Part shown: one piece after another, positions 1-13,260 of the stretch
How positions within the stretch are numbered: the stretch's first letter is position 1
How the letters are laid out: each line of letters begins with the position of its first letter
Assembly: GCA_004022145.1 (NCBI GenBank)
Contig: RCNU01000001.1
Length of the DNA stretch: 64,000 nucleotides
Source: Paecilomyces variotii
Taxonomy: Eukaryota
Strand: one strand, 5' to 3'
Position numbers and translations under genes: made by a program
Notes under the pieces: generated by a model
Told to the model about the DNA's origin: nothing
Database searches by the model: none
What the model saw: only the letters and a program-made list of their open reading frames with translations

Positions 1-713
1 CGGTCACGAACATAGTCCGCAAAGAGAACATCGGATTCTGTAGGGGTGACGAAGGGATTGCGAGAGAACAAGATGTTGAGCAGGCAAATACCAACAGCCC
101 AGACGTCAGCCTTGGCAGGGGAGTAGCCGGTAGTGGACGGTTCATATTGCTCCGGAGCCATATATCGGTCACTCCCGACGCAGGCCTCGTAGCACCAAGG
201 GCTACGGGTAGCAAGGCCAAAGTCGCCCAGCTTCATGGCCCCATCCTGGGCCAGAAAGATGTTCTCTGGCTTGATATCACGATGATAGAGCCCATGTGCA
301 TGCATAAAATCGACAGCACTGATCAGCTGCAACATGAAGTCTCGCACATGTTCCGTCTCCAGAGGACCCCGGTTGAGCCTAATGGCCTCGTACAGATCAC
401 CATTGGCGCAGTATTCCAAGACAAGATAGATGTGCGCAGCAGTCTCGAACGAGTGGATCAGGTTGACTATATTGGGATGATGGCCAAGACGTCTGTGGCA
501 TTCAAGTTCCTCGGACCGGTCATCAACGGCCACCGGAGAATTGGGGTCGGTGGATGATGCCTTGGTGAGGCACTTGATAGCAACGTCCCGGCCAGTCTTG
601 GTATCTTTAGCAAGGAAGACCATCCCAAACGAGCCATGGTTCAAGGGAGCCACCGTCTGGAACCGCCCATCCAGGAGCTGGCCCTCGACGAAGTTGTTCT
701 TCAAGCACTCCAT
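1..713 (-). CDS. Ser/Thr protein kinase, Ksp1/Ran1-like (5' part; runs off the window)
   Basis: Minus-strand translation from ATG at 713: MECLKNNFVEGQLLDGRF..NHGSFGMVF..VAIKCL..YHRDIKPENIF..KLGDFGLA..GSDRYMAPE..ADVWAVGI. The frame stays open to base 1. Confidence 0.9.
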   Translation of the reverse strand, partial: MECLKNNFVEGQLLDGRFQTVAPLNHGSFGMVFLAKDTKTGRDVAIKCLTKASSTDPNSPVAVDDRSEELECHRRLGHHPNIVNLIHSFETAAHIYLVLEYCANGDLYEAIRLNRGPLETEHVRDFMLQLISAVDFMHAHGLYHRDIKPENIFLAQDGAMKLGDFGLATRSPWCYEACVGSDRYMAPEQYEPSTTGYSPAKADVWAVGICLLNILFSRNPFVTPTESDVLFADYVRD

Positions 714-2683
714 GTCTGTGAAATGCCCGAGTTGAAGGTGATGTCCAAGGATTAAAAGAGAAGAGTGTATATGGAAACCCCCGGGTGGTTTGCTGGGAGG
801 TGGTCGTCAAAAAGTATAAGGCGAATCGACCAGACAAGCTGAACCAGAGCAGCCGTCAAATGTGGTTTGCGCAAGAGTAAGAATAAACCAGGTCTGCAAT
901 CACGCCGGATTGAGGCAGCCGCCAAAGACCAAAGAGAAGCGAATAAAAACTCAACAAACACCGGATCGTTGGCTCATATAAATACGGCAAAAATGATATG
1001 TCGACAAAGGGAAAGGAAACCGATCGGCCGGATGGTACAGCGCGGTACAGGTACCCGCGAGGGTAATGACGATAAGGAAATTGAAAGAGAGCGTTATAGT
1101 TGCATTGGTATATGTTCGACGATGGACAGAGCGGGAGCCCGGTGAAAAGATAATGACAATGAAAGGTCGCGCGTCGAAGAGATCAATGGATACCCGACGG
1201 CAGTCGAAGAAACGTAAAATCGGTCAAAAAGTTGAAATGCAATCGCTTCGTAAGATCGTGACAATAATTCGAAATAAAAAACAGCTGGGTGAGGGTTGTT
1301 TCGAGACCTTCAAACACCTGGTCGGAAGGGATGGTTGCCTCAGCGTAGGTTGACGAATTTCCGGAAAACGCTAAGACATATATAAATGGAGCAGCAACCG
1401 GATGCAGGCTATTTAGCTGGACTGCAGACGTTGAAAGTAGATTCCGTTCGACAAGGGTAATGTCGTATACTGTTGATCGATGATGCGATGTATCAGGGCT
1501 CAACCTCAACCAACAGTGACCCGGGTCTGGTTATCTGCTTCGAAGGTCCAGATATGACAGAACTGTCAACCGCAACACGGTATGCTTGCAATTGAGATCC
1601 GATCACGACTGAGATGTGTATCAGACAGACGCTATTGACCGGTGGTTATTGACTTCTGGTGCCGGAACGTCAATCAGGATGGAAGCCTCGTTGTCACCAC
1701 AGCTTTAGGTAGCACGAATTATGAACTGGTGGGATCACAAGAGAGGTAGCGAAGAGGATGTGAGGAGGAGAAGGGCGGAAGTAAAGAAGGCAGAGAGCAG
1801 TACACTCTGGAGAGTAGATCGGATGGAAATCAGATCTATCTAATGCTTGATCGAGAGCACTGCTATCCTTGGGTCTGAATGGGAATCGGGGAGGCGATAA
1901 CGGTCGGAAGCGGACGGAGGATAAGAAGAGAGGTGAGGAGAGATGAGAAGAGCAGGAAGCAGGAGGGAGTCGAGCGGATGAGGAGAGCGGGAGGAGGAGC
2001 AACGAAGGAATAAGAGATGAGGACAGGAAGGAGAGCTTGGGAGTCGGTGAGGGAGGAGAGGATGAGTCGACAGGGTCGCCAGCTGGAGGGATAGAGTAGG
2101 CTCAGTAGTAGGGAGTTCCGTCAGCGGGAGGGCGAAGACAGGCGAACGAGGGAGAAACGGTCATGACGGCGGTTGCTTCCCTGGCGGACCAATGACGGTG
2201 CTGCGTGGCGGCTGCGGTACGGTAACGATGCTAACCATACAGACAACAATACCGGGCAGACGACCGGAGCCAGCGCGCCCGAGGTGGTTCCTCGTGGTAA
2301 CGATACGTGGGCCAACAACGTCTACCTTGGAGTTACGGAACGCCACAGCAACCAACTCGGCAGCCTCCGAGCTCGCAATCATTCAACGCCGGACTTGGCT
2401 CTCGTACCCGCGTTAGCTTACTCTTTCTTCCCTCTCCACCCCCCCCTTCCACCTTTCAGGGAGTCAGAGCCAACCTAAAGCAGCAGCAGAAGTCAAACGC
2501 GCATTTGCAGCGTCAACTCGTGCCGACACCTTCCCAGCATCTCCCTTCCAGCTGGTGTGCGAAATCGAATCGACACGTTCTAGGTCAGACCCGGTCTACG
2601 TAACTCAAGGACCCCCAATTCGAAACATTCTGGAGAAGGCCCTTTGATCCCTTTGCAAGTTTGGTACGTAGTTAAGTTAGTTA

Positions 2684-3062
2684 CAGTAAACCCTGGCTAT
2701 AACGAACCTAGCTATAACGAATTTTCCGCTATAACGAACTAAACAGCGTGTCTAATTCAAACCCCCATACAAAATTCGTTAAATCTGCCCTATAACGAAA
2801 TTCGGTACAAATCCCTAGCTGGCCGTCATTTTTGTATGGGGGATTCGTTATAACAAGTAACATGTCACGTGTAAATATCCTCAAATAGCCAATAAAATCC
2901 CTTTATCTTCAGGTATCTATTACATAATATTGAAAAATTTCTCCCCTTTACCGTGATTACATAACGCAAATCACCTTTCCCTAATATTTGATATAACGAA
3001 TACCACGCTATAACGAATCATTCCTCGTGTCTGATTTGATTCGTTATAGCCAGGGTTTACTG
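2684..3062. mobile_element. MITE (Tc1/mariner-pogo/Tigger-like non-autonomous element), copy 1, 379 bp
   Basis: Perfect TIR CAGTAAACCCTGGCTATAACGAA...TTCGTTATAGCCAGGGTTTACTG, flanked by TA on both sides (2682-83, 3063-64). Multiple internal TATAACGAA repeats and no ORF. Confidence 0.92.
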
Positions 3063-6000
3063 TACTAGGTATCCGTGACTCATCTGGAGGGGCTGTTAAT
3101 GAGCGCGCATCCACCCAACACGTGGTTCAGAACAAGTCTGCCTGCTTCCAGTATATCTATCTGCCCCATTATTATTATTATGTACTATTCTGTGCCCCTT
3201 TTGATGATTATCGCCAGTCTCCGGGGTCCAAGCTGCGCGACCCGACCTTCGCGAAAAGCTTCTGACCTGGCGCCGTTTCCAGCGGAACGGGCTGCAAGCC
3301 AATGAGACTGGATTGTTTCCTCATCTGCCCCCGCAGATTCCTGTTGATACAGCCAGTAAGCTTATGCAGACATATAATAGAGTACAGCCATCAAACTTGG
3401 GGGACTTTCTTCGCTCTGGGCTGCTGCAGGTCCTTGATGGACAAAATCCCTCAGCGGGCAAATGAGATCACCCGCAGCACGGATGATCTGATCCCGCCGA
3501 CAACCAGGCTGGGCGATGTCGACGGTCGAGTCCGGGCGATGTGGAGTCCCGGTGGCGACACTATTCCCGTTTCTTCCAGTTGGCCCAACCTTGAGACGAT
3601 AGCCGCCATCGCTGGCCAATAGCAGCGCTGCTATCGAACAGACCACTCCGGGGTACTATTTTCAGGGTGCATGACGCCAACAAGGATGCGTCCCTCCTGG
3701 AGAAGGCTTTGTGGAGTCCAATCTGCCGTCGCTACGACTGAAACGGAAGCGTGGACGCTGATGATGCGGCCAGCACATCCGAGGAACTTGGCCTCTCTGC
3801 CCCGTTATCTCTTTTAAAATACATAATTAATTACCTACCTAGGTAGTACCATACTCCAGCTCTGGCAATGACGACGGCGGCGGCTGGTATCTTTCACCAC
3901 GGTCTCCATCCAACGCTGCAGTGGGGAGCAACAGAAGAGAGAACGTCGTGGTCTCGTCTCCCCAGCGACAATGCCAATTCGCATTGCTGCGCTGCAAGGT
4001 GGCCAGGATGCAGTGGTTCAAGGTCAATCTGAGCAAAGTACGGAGTAGAGGACGGTACGTGCAGGGCCAAGCTAACCTCGGCCGGCGCGTTCTGTACCTG
4101 AGATTGGTGCAGATCGTGGCGGTGAGCCGAGCACTCGACATACCTGTTCCTGTCTGCATGCAAAGCCCTGAAACCCCCAAGGTTGACGTGGTTTGGCAAC
4201 CCTCTTTCTGGCTGCCTGCGATAAGTTATGCACGCTCGTCCCTGGTGCTTTCCAGCAGCTGCTCGATTATCTCTGTCGCGGGGCTGCTGATTGGTGCCTG
4301 TGGCCTCCCTCTTTCTATCTGTTTCTATCCTCTTCCATGATCATCCACGCTCGCCTTCACATCTTTCGACTGCACATCTCCAGATTGGGCCAACATACGC
4401 AGCACTACTCGTACAATTGACATTTTCGCAGCCACTAAAGGAATGTATCATCCAAATCAGCTGCATCGGATGAACATCAACAATTATCGAAAGTTTCGAT
4501 CTCGCCACTTCCATCGTTGACCGCTCACTCTATCTACTGAGCAGTGTTCACTGATCTACTCTTCTCTAGACGATACACTGTTGTCCTTGCTATGCTATGC
4601 CGTGCTATGCGATACTATACCTATTAACAACTAAGTAATTAACCTACCTCTGCAGGAGTTTCGTCTGCCAATCTACGATTAATACTATGGATATATTCTC
4701 TGAGAGAACAACGCCAGCGATGATCACAAAATGTCGAATAGCTCGCTCGAACTCTGTCGCATGCCCTTTTGTCGGGATGATGGCCATTCCCTACCCGGCA
4801 AATGGATGGTACCATGATTCCGGGACGCATGGAAACAAAAACACTCGAGTTCTCCCAGTCCGCTACCATTATCCCCAAGCAATGTACATCGACGTACTAG
4901 TACTTCCATCGACCACTGTACGAGAGTTTACTCGTGAAACTCTTCTGATCGATCATGGCTAGTCTGGAGTTTCGGGATAAGCGGCTTCTCCTCAACCCAG
5001 ACGCCACCGACGAGCATCAGCAACGATCCTTATCCCGTTCTATTTGTTTTCATTGTTTCTGCTCATGGATTTACCCCGCTCCATCTGCACCATGAGATCA
5101 ACTGTCTGACACCCGTCTCGTTCTCATTGCGAATTGCTCTCTTCGAGCACAAAGAAAGGCATGGACCCAGGCGGCGATAAGATACCATAGTGAAGGATAT
5201 CTACCATAAAGTAAACACCCAGAATAGGCTCGATGGAGCCTTTGGTTATTCTAGACCGGTCGCAGCTCGATCGGAGCCACGGAACACGATGTCTCCGTCG
5301 GCTTGCGGAGCGTCTTGCCGCGGAGCTTTACTTGGGCCATGTAAGAATGCCCGAGCTGTACGCGAATGATAATACTTTCTACAACTTCTGATGATTATTA
5401 TTTTGGCACTTGGTTTCCTAGTGGACCAATGCAATACCATAAACAGTGGCAGATAGTAATTACTCTATACCAACCACCCCCGTTTCCAGGACAGATGGAC
5501 CCTGGGACGAGATGTTTCATGATCTCTTCATTTGCTATCGTGCATGGAACAGCCGCTTATCACCCCCCTTCCCGCTCGCCCTCCATACTCCGATCCATGT
5601 CTAGAGAACTCATCACGCATCATAGATAACTTCCTCTCCGCAGGATAAGCATGATTATTTCCATCCTCCCATTGTCGCTCAAGACGATCTTTTAATCATA
5701 TGTCGCAATTCCCCCAGCAGCAGAGGACCATTCTGGTAGTACCGTAGTCAACTAGACTACGGTATCAATACACATTGCGTCTCTTGTTTCCAGTCCTACA
5801 TCATTCCCCATTCTGCACATTCCATCTCACCTTCCATTCGTGGAGCCTAGAATCCATAATAATAATGGCATCGTTCCAACATTCCAGCCTCGTCTCCAAT
5901 AATATCAACGGTCCTTATTTGTTTCAGAGCAGATTATTGCCTCATGGCTTTCGCGACCTCGGGTCATCATCGGGGAGGGGAGGAGAAAGTGGTCTCTTCG

Positions 6001-8602
6001 TACGTAAGTCGACATAGTTAGTTATTGCGGGGTATTACTGTGCCATTCCTTTCCAATTCGTCTCAACTTCAAACTCAACGGTGTCGTGTCCGGGTAAGGC
6101 GAGACGGTGTCTGGAAATCTGCACACGCCAAAGGAAAATTGGGGGGCGCGGGCCACATTCCGGCTGGGTACATGTGGCAGATCAATTGAGACTGATTTGG
6201 GTCACAGGTTAATTGTTGATATTAATTACCCCAAGAGAGGTCGATCCGGATCGGATGGATCGTCCTTGGTGCTCGGCGATATGAACGAGTAGTAAACAAG
6301 TACTTCACTATCGTCCTACTCGTAATAACTAGGTACTTGCTGGTTGATGCTGTACAGTAGGAGCTGTGCTCTACTCCAGGTCTCGCAAGCTAACTCTGAT
6401 GCAGTCACTAACTTAACTAACTAGTCTAATTGAGACTAATCAATGCTTGCAGGACAGATCATAGAATACTCTAATCATCATACATATCCAGTTTGTTTGT
6501 TTTGGGGGTTCCATCTCTGGGTTTACTATCGCAGACTCGCAGACAACATCATCGCCCCAACAAGTCGATAGCAGCCACACATGTTCACGCAAGTACCTAT
6601 TGCTCCTGCTAGTTTAACTTAGATCCTCGTTTCTCGAAACAACACAACACAACACGAATTATTTCCCTATCCTGCTAGGTATGGCTGTTGCTGTTGCTGC
6701 GGTGGCTGGGCCACCAAATTGCCTTTATCTACTGCCAAGCTACGTCTCCCGAAACCTGACACAGCTCATATCATATCGTCTCGTATCGTGTCATATCCCA
6801 TCTCAAACCAAACCCGCCCCAACACATGATACTACATACTCTACCGTACATAGATAGCGCCACCGTGTCAACTTCTGGTAGGCGTAATTACGAGCTAGAT
6901 AGGAGCTGTCACGCAAAAAGACAATTAATTGGTGTTAGTTAGTCTAGCCACAAGACCGCCCCATTATTATTTGCAGACTGATTTCCCTTCTCACGTGGCC
7001 AGATGCCACTTGAAATATGTCCTCGTGACCCGAAAATGAAATGTGGCCCTTTTTGTTTATTTGCTCCTTTCCTGCCTCTTTCCCAAGGGTCAATGATATG
7101 ATATTCAACTCTCGCTAACTTAAGTTACTCTAGTCTAAGTACACATATTCCGCATCCGTCATGTCAGGCGGTCCTTTTGCCATTTGCGACGACAAGAGGC
7201 GAAAAAAAAGGGAATAGGAATAGGAATAATAGACTCGAGAAAAAGAAAAACTTTCGTCCCGGGCCGAGCTAACGTAGGTTTAAATTTAATCTTTCTGGTT
7301 GCGATAACGGTGAAATCTGGCGAGCGAGGTTCGATGAGTGATATCCTTCATTTCGAGAGGCTGGAAGTAAGGAAGGACTCTGTCAGTTGCTTTGCCTCCC
7401 TGCCAGCAGAAAGAGCAGAGACAACAATACCCCCCGCCACAGCATAAACACAGATCGCTGGCACTAGCAGGAGTCAGAAGTGCTTCCTGCGATCTTTTGC
7501 GGCGAGAGACAGGTTGCAGATATGATCGAGTGGATTGAAGTATTATACTTGGAGAGTATTGATTTGAAGGTACCTATGTAGTTACGAGACCTGCATATGC
7601 CTATAGCTACGCCTCTATCTTCAGGATAGGGTAGAAGCTCTTCGTCTTAATCGTAGCAGAAAATTATCCCGTATACACTAGTTACTAGCTAGGAGTGGGT
7701 AATTACTGGATAGTTAACTGGTATAATCATCTTCTATAGATTTGACTATCTCTTTGCAATCCTGCGATGACTCATTCTTGAAGTAAGACGGATCATTTTC
7801 ACGGGATGGCAAAAACTACTGTTCTTTTTTTTTTTTTTTTTTAATGGAGAAACATGCGAGGAATAGTATGAATTAAGTGGAATATCATTTAATTTGTTTG
7901 TTTCTTTCGCGTTGTGGGTACTTATTAATTGCAGAAATAATCCAGTCTGAAATCTGTGGGAACGCTGATACTATCTAACTGTTACTAGTTATATATCTCG
8001 ACAGTTAGAACTCCGCTTTGACGAACGAGTTTGTTGTATATCCGTCAAAACACGAAAGACAGAAGAGGTCTCCATTATTCATATGACGAGTCTATAATCG
8101 TACTTGGGGTCATGTGGTTGAAGTAGACCTACTTAACTCTACTAAAAGATAAAGTCGTTAAGTTTCCATTATTGGAACGCGCTCAATACAACCGAGAGGC
8201 TATGTATATCCTTTCCTGCATAGGCAATATATTTATATCTCTGGAGTCACTTTCCATAATAAAACTAGATAAAAAAAATAATATACATCTCCCATCTTTA
8301 TTGATCTTTCTGATGTCGAGCCTCTAACCTCAGGCCAAGTATTTCCTGGTTGGCTGCAAACTCGGGACATCCGCCCCGCAAAACTCCGATGGCCAAAAAA
8401 GGGAGTCAAGAAAGGGAAGAAGAGTCATTGGAAAAAAAAAAAAAAATACAATTCCATCCGCATCAAGCGACACAGTCTCATCCCGAAAGCGCGCGCGTAA
8501 AATCGTCCCTTTTCTAAAAGAAACTGAGCGAAAGAGAATTTCATTTATCCATTATCTTATCGAGTCAACATCGCAGGAGTGAGAAGAGATCGAGATTCGA
8601 CA

Positions 8603-8774
8603 ATGGCTGCGTAGTCGGGTCCGGAGAAGATCCCCATCCGATACCTTAAGCCAGCCGACGCTTCACATCGCGCGCTGCGCCGTGCGCGTGCGCCCCGTTG
8701 ATCAAGAGAGAAGAAACGGCATTGGGCTAGAAAAAAAATATTAAATAATGCAACATGAGCAAGCGTTCGTATGA
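8603..8774 (+). promoter_or_regulatory. Two candidate uORFs: M-A-A-stop (8603-8614) and an out-of-frame uORF (8748-8774) overlapping the TF start codon
   Basis: ATGGCTGCGTAG at 8603 and ATGCAACATGAGCAAGCGTTCGTATGA at 8748. These are the only ATGs between 8400 and 8755. The TSS is unknown. Confidence 0.45.
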
Positions 8775-11338
8775 CGAGTCTTCTGCTGCTACTGCTGCTG
8801 CGACTCGTCATGGTCCGAATCATTCACGGGCTGGGAGTGTCCATGAATCCACCAATAATAGCAGTAACAACGGTCTGCCCCCAATCAATGAATTATTGTC
8901 GCCGACGACCGATGATCAGGAGTCGCACGGGCAGCAGGCGGTCAAGAAGCCTAGGAGTTTTATCGCGACGGTGGTATGTACTGTATTTCTTTTTATATGC
9001 GCGTAGTTCAGCCCTTTTCTAGTTGATATGATCAGATAGTAACTGTTGGATATAGGCATGTGAGAATTGTCGTCTGAAGAAGACGAGATGTGACGAATCG
9101 AGGCCCAAGTGCGGCCTGTGCAAGACCCTTGGCTTAGAATGCGTCTACAATGAGCGCAAATTATCAAAGTGCGTTGCTGTCATGTTATTTTACCATATGC
9201 GTTGCTGATTGTCCATACAGGAAAGACCACTCCTTGAGTTTGATCATGAGTACTTTGCATAGGCTCGAGACTAAATTGGAGAATATCCCTTCATCTGTAT
9301 ATGAAGCCCTGCAGCCTGCAACAGCGCATGTGCTGCAGGCAGTGGAAGGCCTGAGAGAGACCAGCACCCGCCCGCTCACGTCCCATGCTAGGACCTCTTC
9401 CATTCAGTATACACAGGCCACGACTCCATCAGTATCAGAGCCTCCGGAGTTTGAACCGAGGGAGCCTCAAGATGCAACGGATTCGAATGGACGCGTGCCT
9501 ATCTCATTCAGTCAGCACGGTGTGGTTCTTTGGCCTGGAGCCAGGACTATCCTTCCTGAACGGCTGCTTGCGGCTCATGAGAGACTGGGGAAGAACTATG
9601 TCATTGACGTGGAGATGAGCCGTCCACCTCTCCCGATGTATATCGACCCGTTTCCTCCGCATGCTGGGGAACGCTGGCTGGAGACGATACCATTTGCGAT
9701 AATCAAGGGTCTTTCAGATGCGTATTTCGCCACGTTTAACCCCATCAGTCCCATTATGGATAAGAACTTTTTCTTCTCCTTCACAATCGGAAGGGTCATG
9801 CAGAATGGCTTCGGACACACCATGGAAACGTGCATTGTTCTAACGGTGATGGCGTTGGGATGTCTTGCTGTGCAAGCTTACCAACAAGGGAACTATCCCC
9901 TACCCGGCTCCCAGGGCACTCAGTTTGAGCCTCCGGAGTGGATTGGTGCTATTCTCGAAGAACAACCGGGCCTGCGTTTCTTCAACGAGGCTCGCAGGCG
10001 GATTGGATTTCTGATGTGCGAAAATGACATCCAGAGCTGTCAGTTCTACCTTTTATCTTCGTGAGTACCGTTCTCTAGGACAGACTCGGCCGGTTGACTG
10101 ATCTTTCCATTCAGACTGTACTATACGCAGATCATCCGTCCAATGGATTCATGGGCAATGATAAACCGAGCCGCGACCTGCTGTCTTTCAATGCTGAACA
10201 AGTGAGCATGTCCTTGTCCATATGAATTGAATCGTCCCTTACTGACATCAGCGAACTAGTCATGAAATCAACTTCGACGAATGGGAGGGTGATATGAAAT
10301 CCAGAGTATTCTGGAACACACTAATGTATGAAACTATCCTCGTCCAGGAGCTTCATCTGGCCCCGAGCGGCCTGTCACGTCTCGAGGATTATGTACCAAT
10401 CCCAAAGTTCATCAACTTCAGCACAGCCGGTTACGTCCCAAGACTGGCCGCGTCAGAGCAGCTGGATGATTCCTTTTTCCAATATCACTTTCTTGCGCAG
10501 GTCGCACATCGCATTATACTCACTCGTATCCGACATACCCTCTATTTCTTCTGTAAGTTACCCTAACCCAGGAACCTAACATCATAAGCCGCATCAACTA
10601 TCCCCAGAATCTACCCTAACACCTCGCAGCCGAGTCAGGAACTTTCCCTCATCCAGCCATTAACACCGAACTCCACCATCAAGTCGAACAATGGCGCCTT
10701 AACCTCCCTCCAGCTCTCCAATTCTCCGACCACCAAATCAGCACCCCCTTAGAAACAGCCGCTTCACCATCGACCCCTGTACCAGCTCTATCCATCGACC
10801 CCCGCCGCCCCGTCTCCCCCGCCACAGCCGTCGCCGAATCAATGCTTCGGGGCAGATACATGATCGCCAAATTCCACATCGGACGACCATACCTATACAA
10901 AGCGCTCCGCATCCCCAACTCCCTAACGAAAGACGATCTAGAACAAGTAAAAAGCGGTCTTCAAAACGCAATGGATTGGCCCGTCGTCCAGGGCGTCTTC
11001 AGACAAATGAAAGCTTGTATTCCTATCAAATTCGCTTTTTGCTCTCAGTACGTACCACCCCCCCGCCCCAATTATTATCACAATAAAATATCCTCACCAT
11101 TCCCCTATTTCTACTGTTCGAAGTCTAACAGAACCAAAAATGATTTCCAACGAGTAGATTCTTCGGCCAAATCCTCCTCTTCTATTGCATTTCTCACTCT
11201 CCGAATCCGCGTCTTCGCGAAACTCTCCCTTTGGGCTGGGAGCGGTGGTATGATGATATGTTTCGATTCATCGAGGATTGCGCACCGTATAGTCCTTCTA
11301 TTGCGAAGGATTTGGAGTTGTTGAGGTTGTTGGTGTGA
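8755..11338 (+). CDS. Zn(II)2Cys6 fungal transcription factor (multi-exon)
   Basis: Exon 2 after the intron at 8974-9056 encodes ACENCRLKKTRCDESRPKCGLCKTLGLEC. Later exons give a fungal TF middle-homology region (SRVFWNTL, LRGRYMIAKFHIGRPYLY). GT-AG introns; stop TGA at 11336-38. Confidence 0.92.
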
Positions 11339-12093
11339 GCTGCATCTGGGGGCGGGCTGGGTTCCAGGAATATTCGTTTTTGTAAATAGAGATCTTTTTC
11401 TTTGTTATGAGAGATATGGTTAATGATTTCATCTGTTTGTGTTTATTTTTTTTTATTTATTCCATCTTTGTCCCATTCGGACGGGCTGCCCCGTTTGTTT
11501 AGGATGAAGTCTACTCTTTGGCGTGTATATACGATGCATCTGGGAATTGGATAATCTGTATTGCCTATGCTGCACTGCTGCTATCATACATGTCGAATAG
11601 AGAGAAATCATAAATCTAAACACGCAACCCCCCTCCAGGCTTTTCTTTGTCATACTAAATAATTCATAAAGCGGCTGATAATCCGAACATGATGCGCTTC
11701 TGCCCCTGATTACATTGCGCGTATAAGATAAGAAAAAAGAAAAAGAAAACAAACGAGATCCCTTCACTCTCGTTATAGTTGAACTTGGGTATCACTCGCA
11801 TCCGTACGAAACTGGGGAAGCAACCGAGAATCGCGAGTCTATCGCTTGGTTGGCTTCGAGATAGACCGCGGAAACATTCAAAGAGAGAAGGGAAAGAAGA
11901 CAGTAGAAGAGAGAAAGAAAAGACAAAGAAAGAAGCAATCGTGATATAGGACCCGTCATCACGACGGTGGAGTCACCTCGAATTTCACGCTTTTTCTCAT
12001 CGCATTGTCAGGGTTAGTCCTCTTACTCGGACCGTTTGGCTGGAAAGCTCCATCATGTGAGTGCAGAAATGCGCATTCAGCCCCGTCAATTCC

Positions 12094-13260
12094 CTACCAT
12101 TCCACCGGTTCACATTGGGGCATGATGTCCTGCGGTGCTTTGACACAGCAGACAAAACCAGCGTCCGTCAGGCCTTTCTCAAGCACCTTGGTCTCCACTT
12201 TGCCGTTGTCAACGTACCAGATGGGAATCACGAGTGTCCAAGGACGCCCCTTGTTAAGGCGAAGTCCTCGTAGCGGCTTGAGTATATTCGAGAGACCTTT
12301 GGATTCGGCCAGGTTCTTCGTCGCTTGGAGGGAGGTAACTGCATTGTCACTGCACCAGGCAATCTCCATGACAAGCACAAACCTCTCAAGGCTCTTTATC
12401 TGCATGATCTCCGTACACATCGTCTCAAACGTCTCCTTGTCATCAGGTGGTTGGTCGGAATGTATCCAGTTGTTCGTGCTTTCATGGAAGCAGTGCATAA
12501 AGCTGAAGACTAGTTCCACTTTGCGAATGCGCTCCCATCGTTTAGGCAATATCGTCTCGTAGAGAAACATCAAGGCCCAGGGGTGCTCAAAGTGGAAAGT
12601 GATAGTGCCATATAGGATGTTGACAGCCTCAATATACCTGCAGAGCATCCTTGTCAGACAATTCGGGAGATCTATTACTCTGGATCACTCACACTTGGCG
12701 ACAAGTCCGCAGCAGGGAAGTCAAGCTCCAATCCGCAAGCTTACTACCTCTCGAAAATGGCTCGCGCTTCTTAATCTCCCAGATATAGAGCGGACGCACA
12801 CGCACTTGATGACCGATTCGCTTCTTTTTGCGGGCAATGGTGACCACACTTCTGCCAAAGACACACTCCCAGATCGCCAGTCTGACTTCAAGAGGCAGCT
12901 TGTTGAGCAGAAGAGACTCGGATTGGGCGCGATGCGATTGAGCACGCGTCAGACGGCTTGCTCCAGGTGAAATCGTACGCCTGAACTTTCCAGGCTTGAA
13001 TCGAGGGATCTGGGCTGCGCAGTCAAATGAGTTACTTCCAATGTCTTGTGAATGATCTATTGCGTAGAACCATGGGAACAGGGAGCGGCCGCTTAGTCGA
13101 AGGAAGTCACAGAAGAACCCGCAGTCTAAAGATCACTCCAGGGAGGCTATCGCGCAAAGTTCCAGGAGCACTGAATTTCAGGGAGTAGAGACTCACCCTG
13201 AAAGTCCTTATTGCCAATTATACTCTCAGGCATCGTCGGGAGCCTGGACGTGACAGGCAT
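12094..13260 (-). CDS. Hypothetical protein, DUF7730/F-box-like type (5' exons uncertain)
   Basis: Spliced translation includes QSESLLLNKLPLEVRLAIWECVFG...SLLRTCRQV/YIEAVNILYG, typical of this fungal family. Confidence 0.65.

Noticed and set aside
2684..3062. TATAACGAA repeats as a CRISPR-like array
   Set aside because: The repeats are ~9-12 bp, irregularly spaced, in both orientations and enclosed by TIRs and TA; they are MITE subterminal repeats in a eukaryote.
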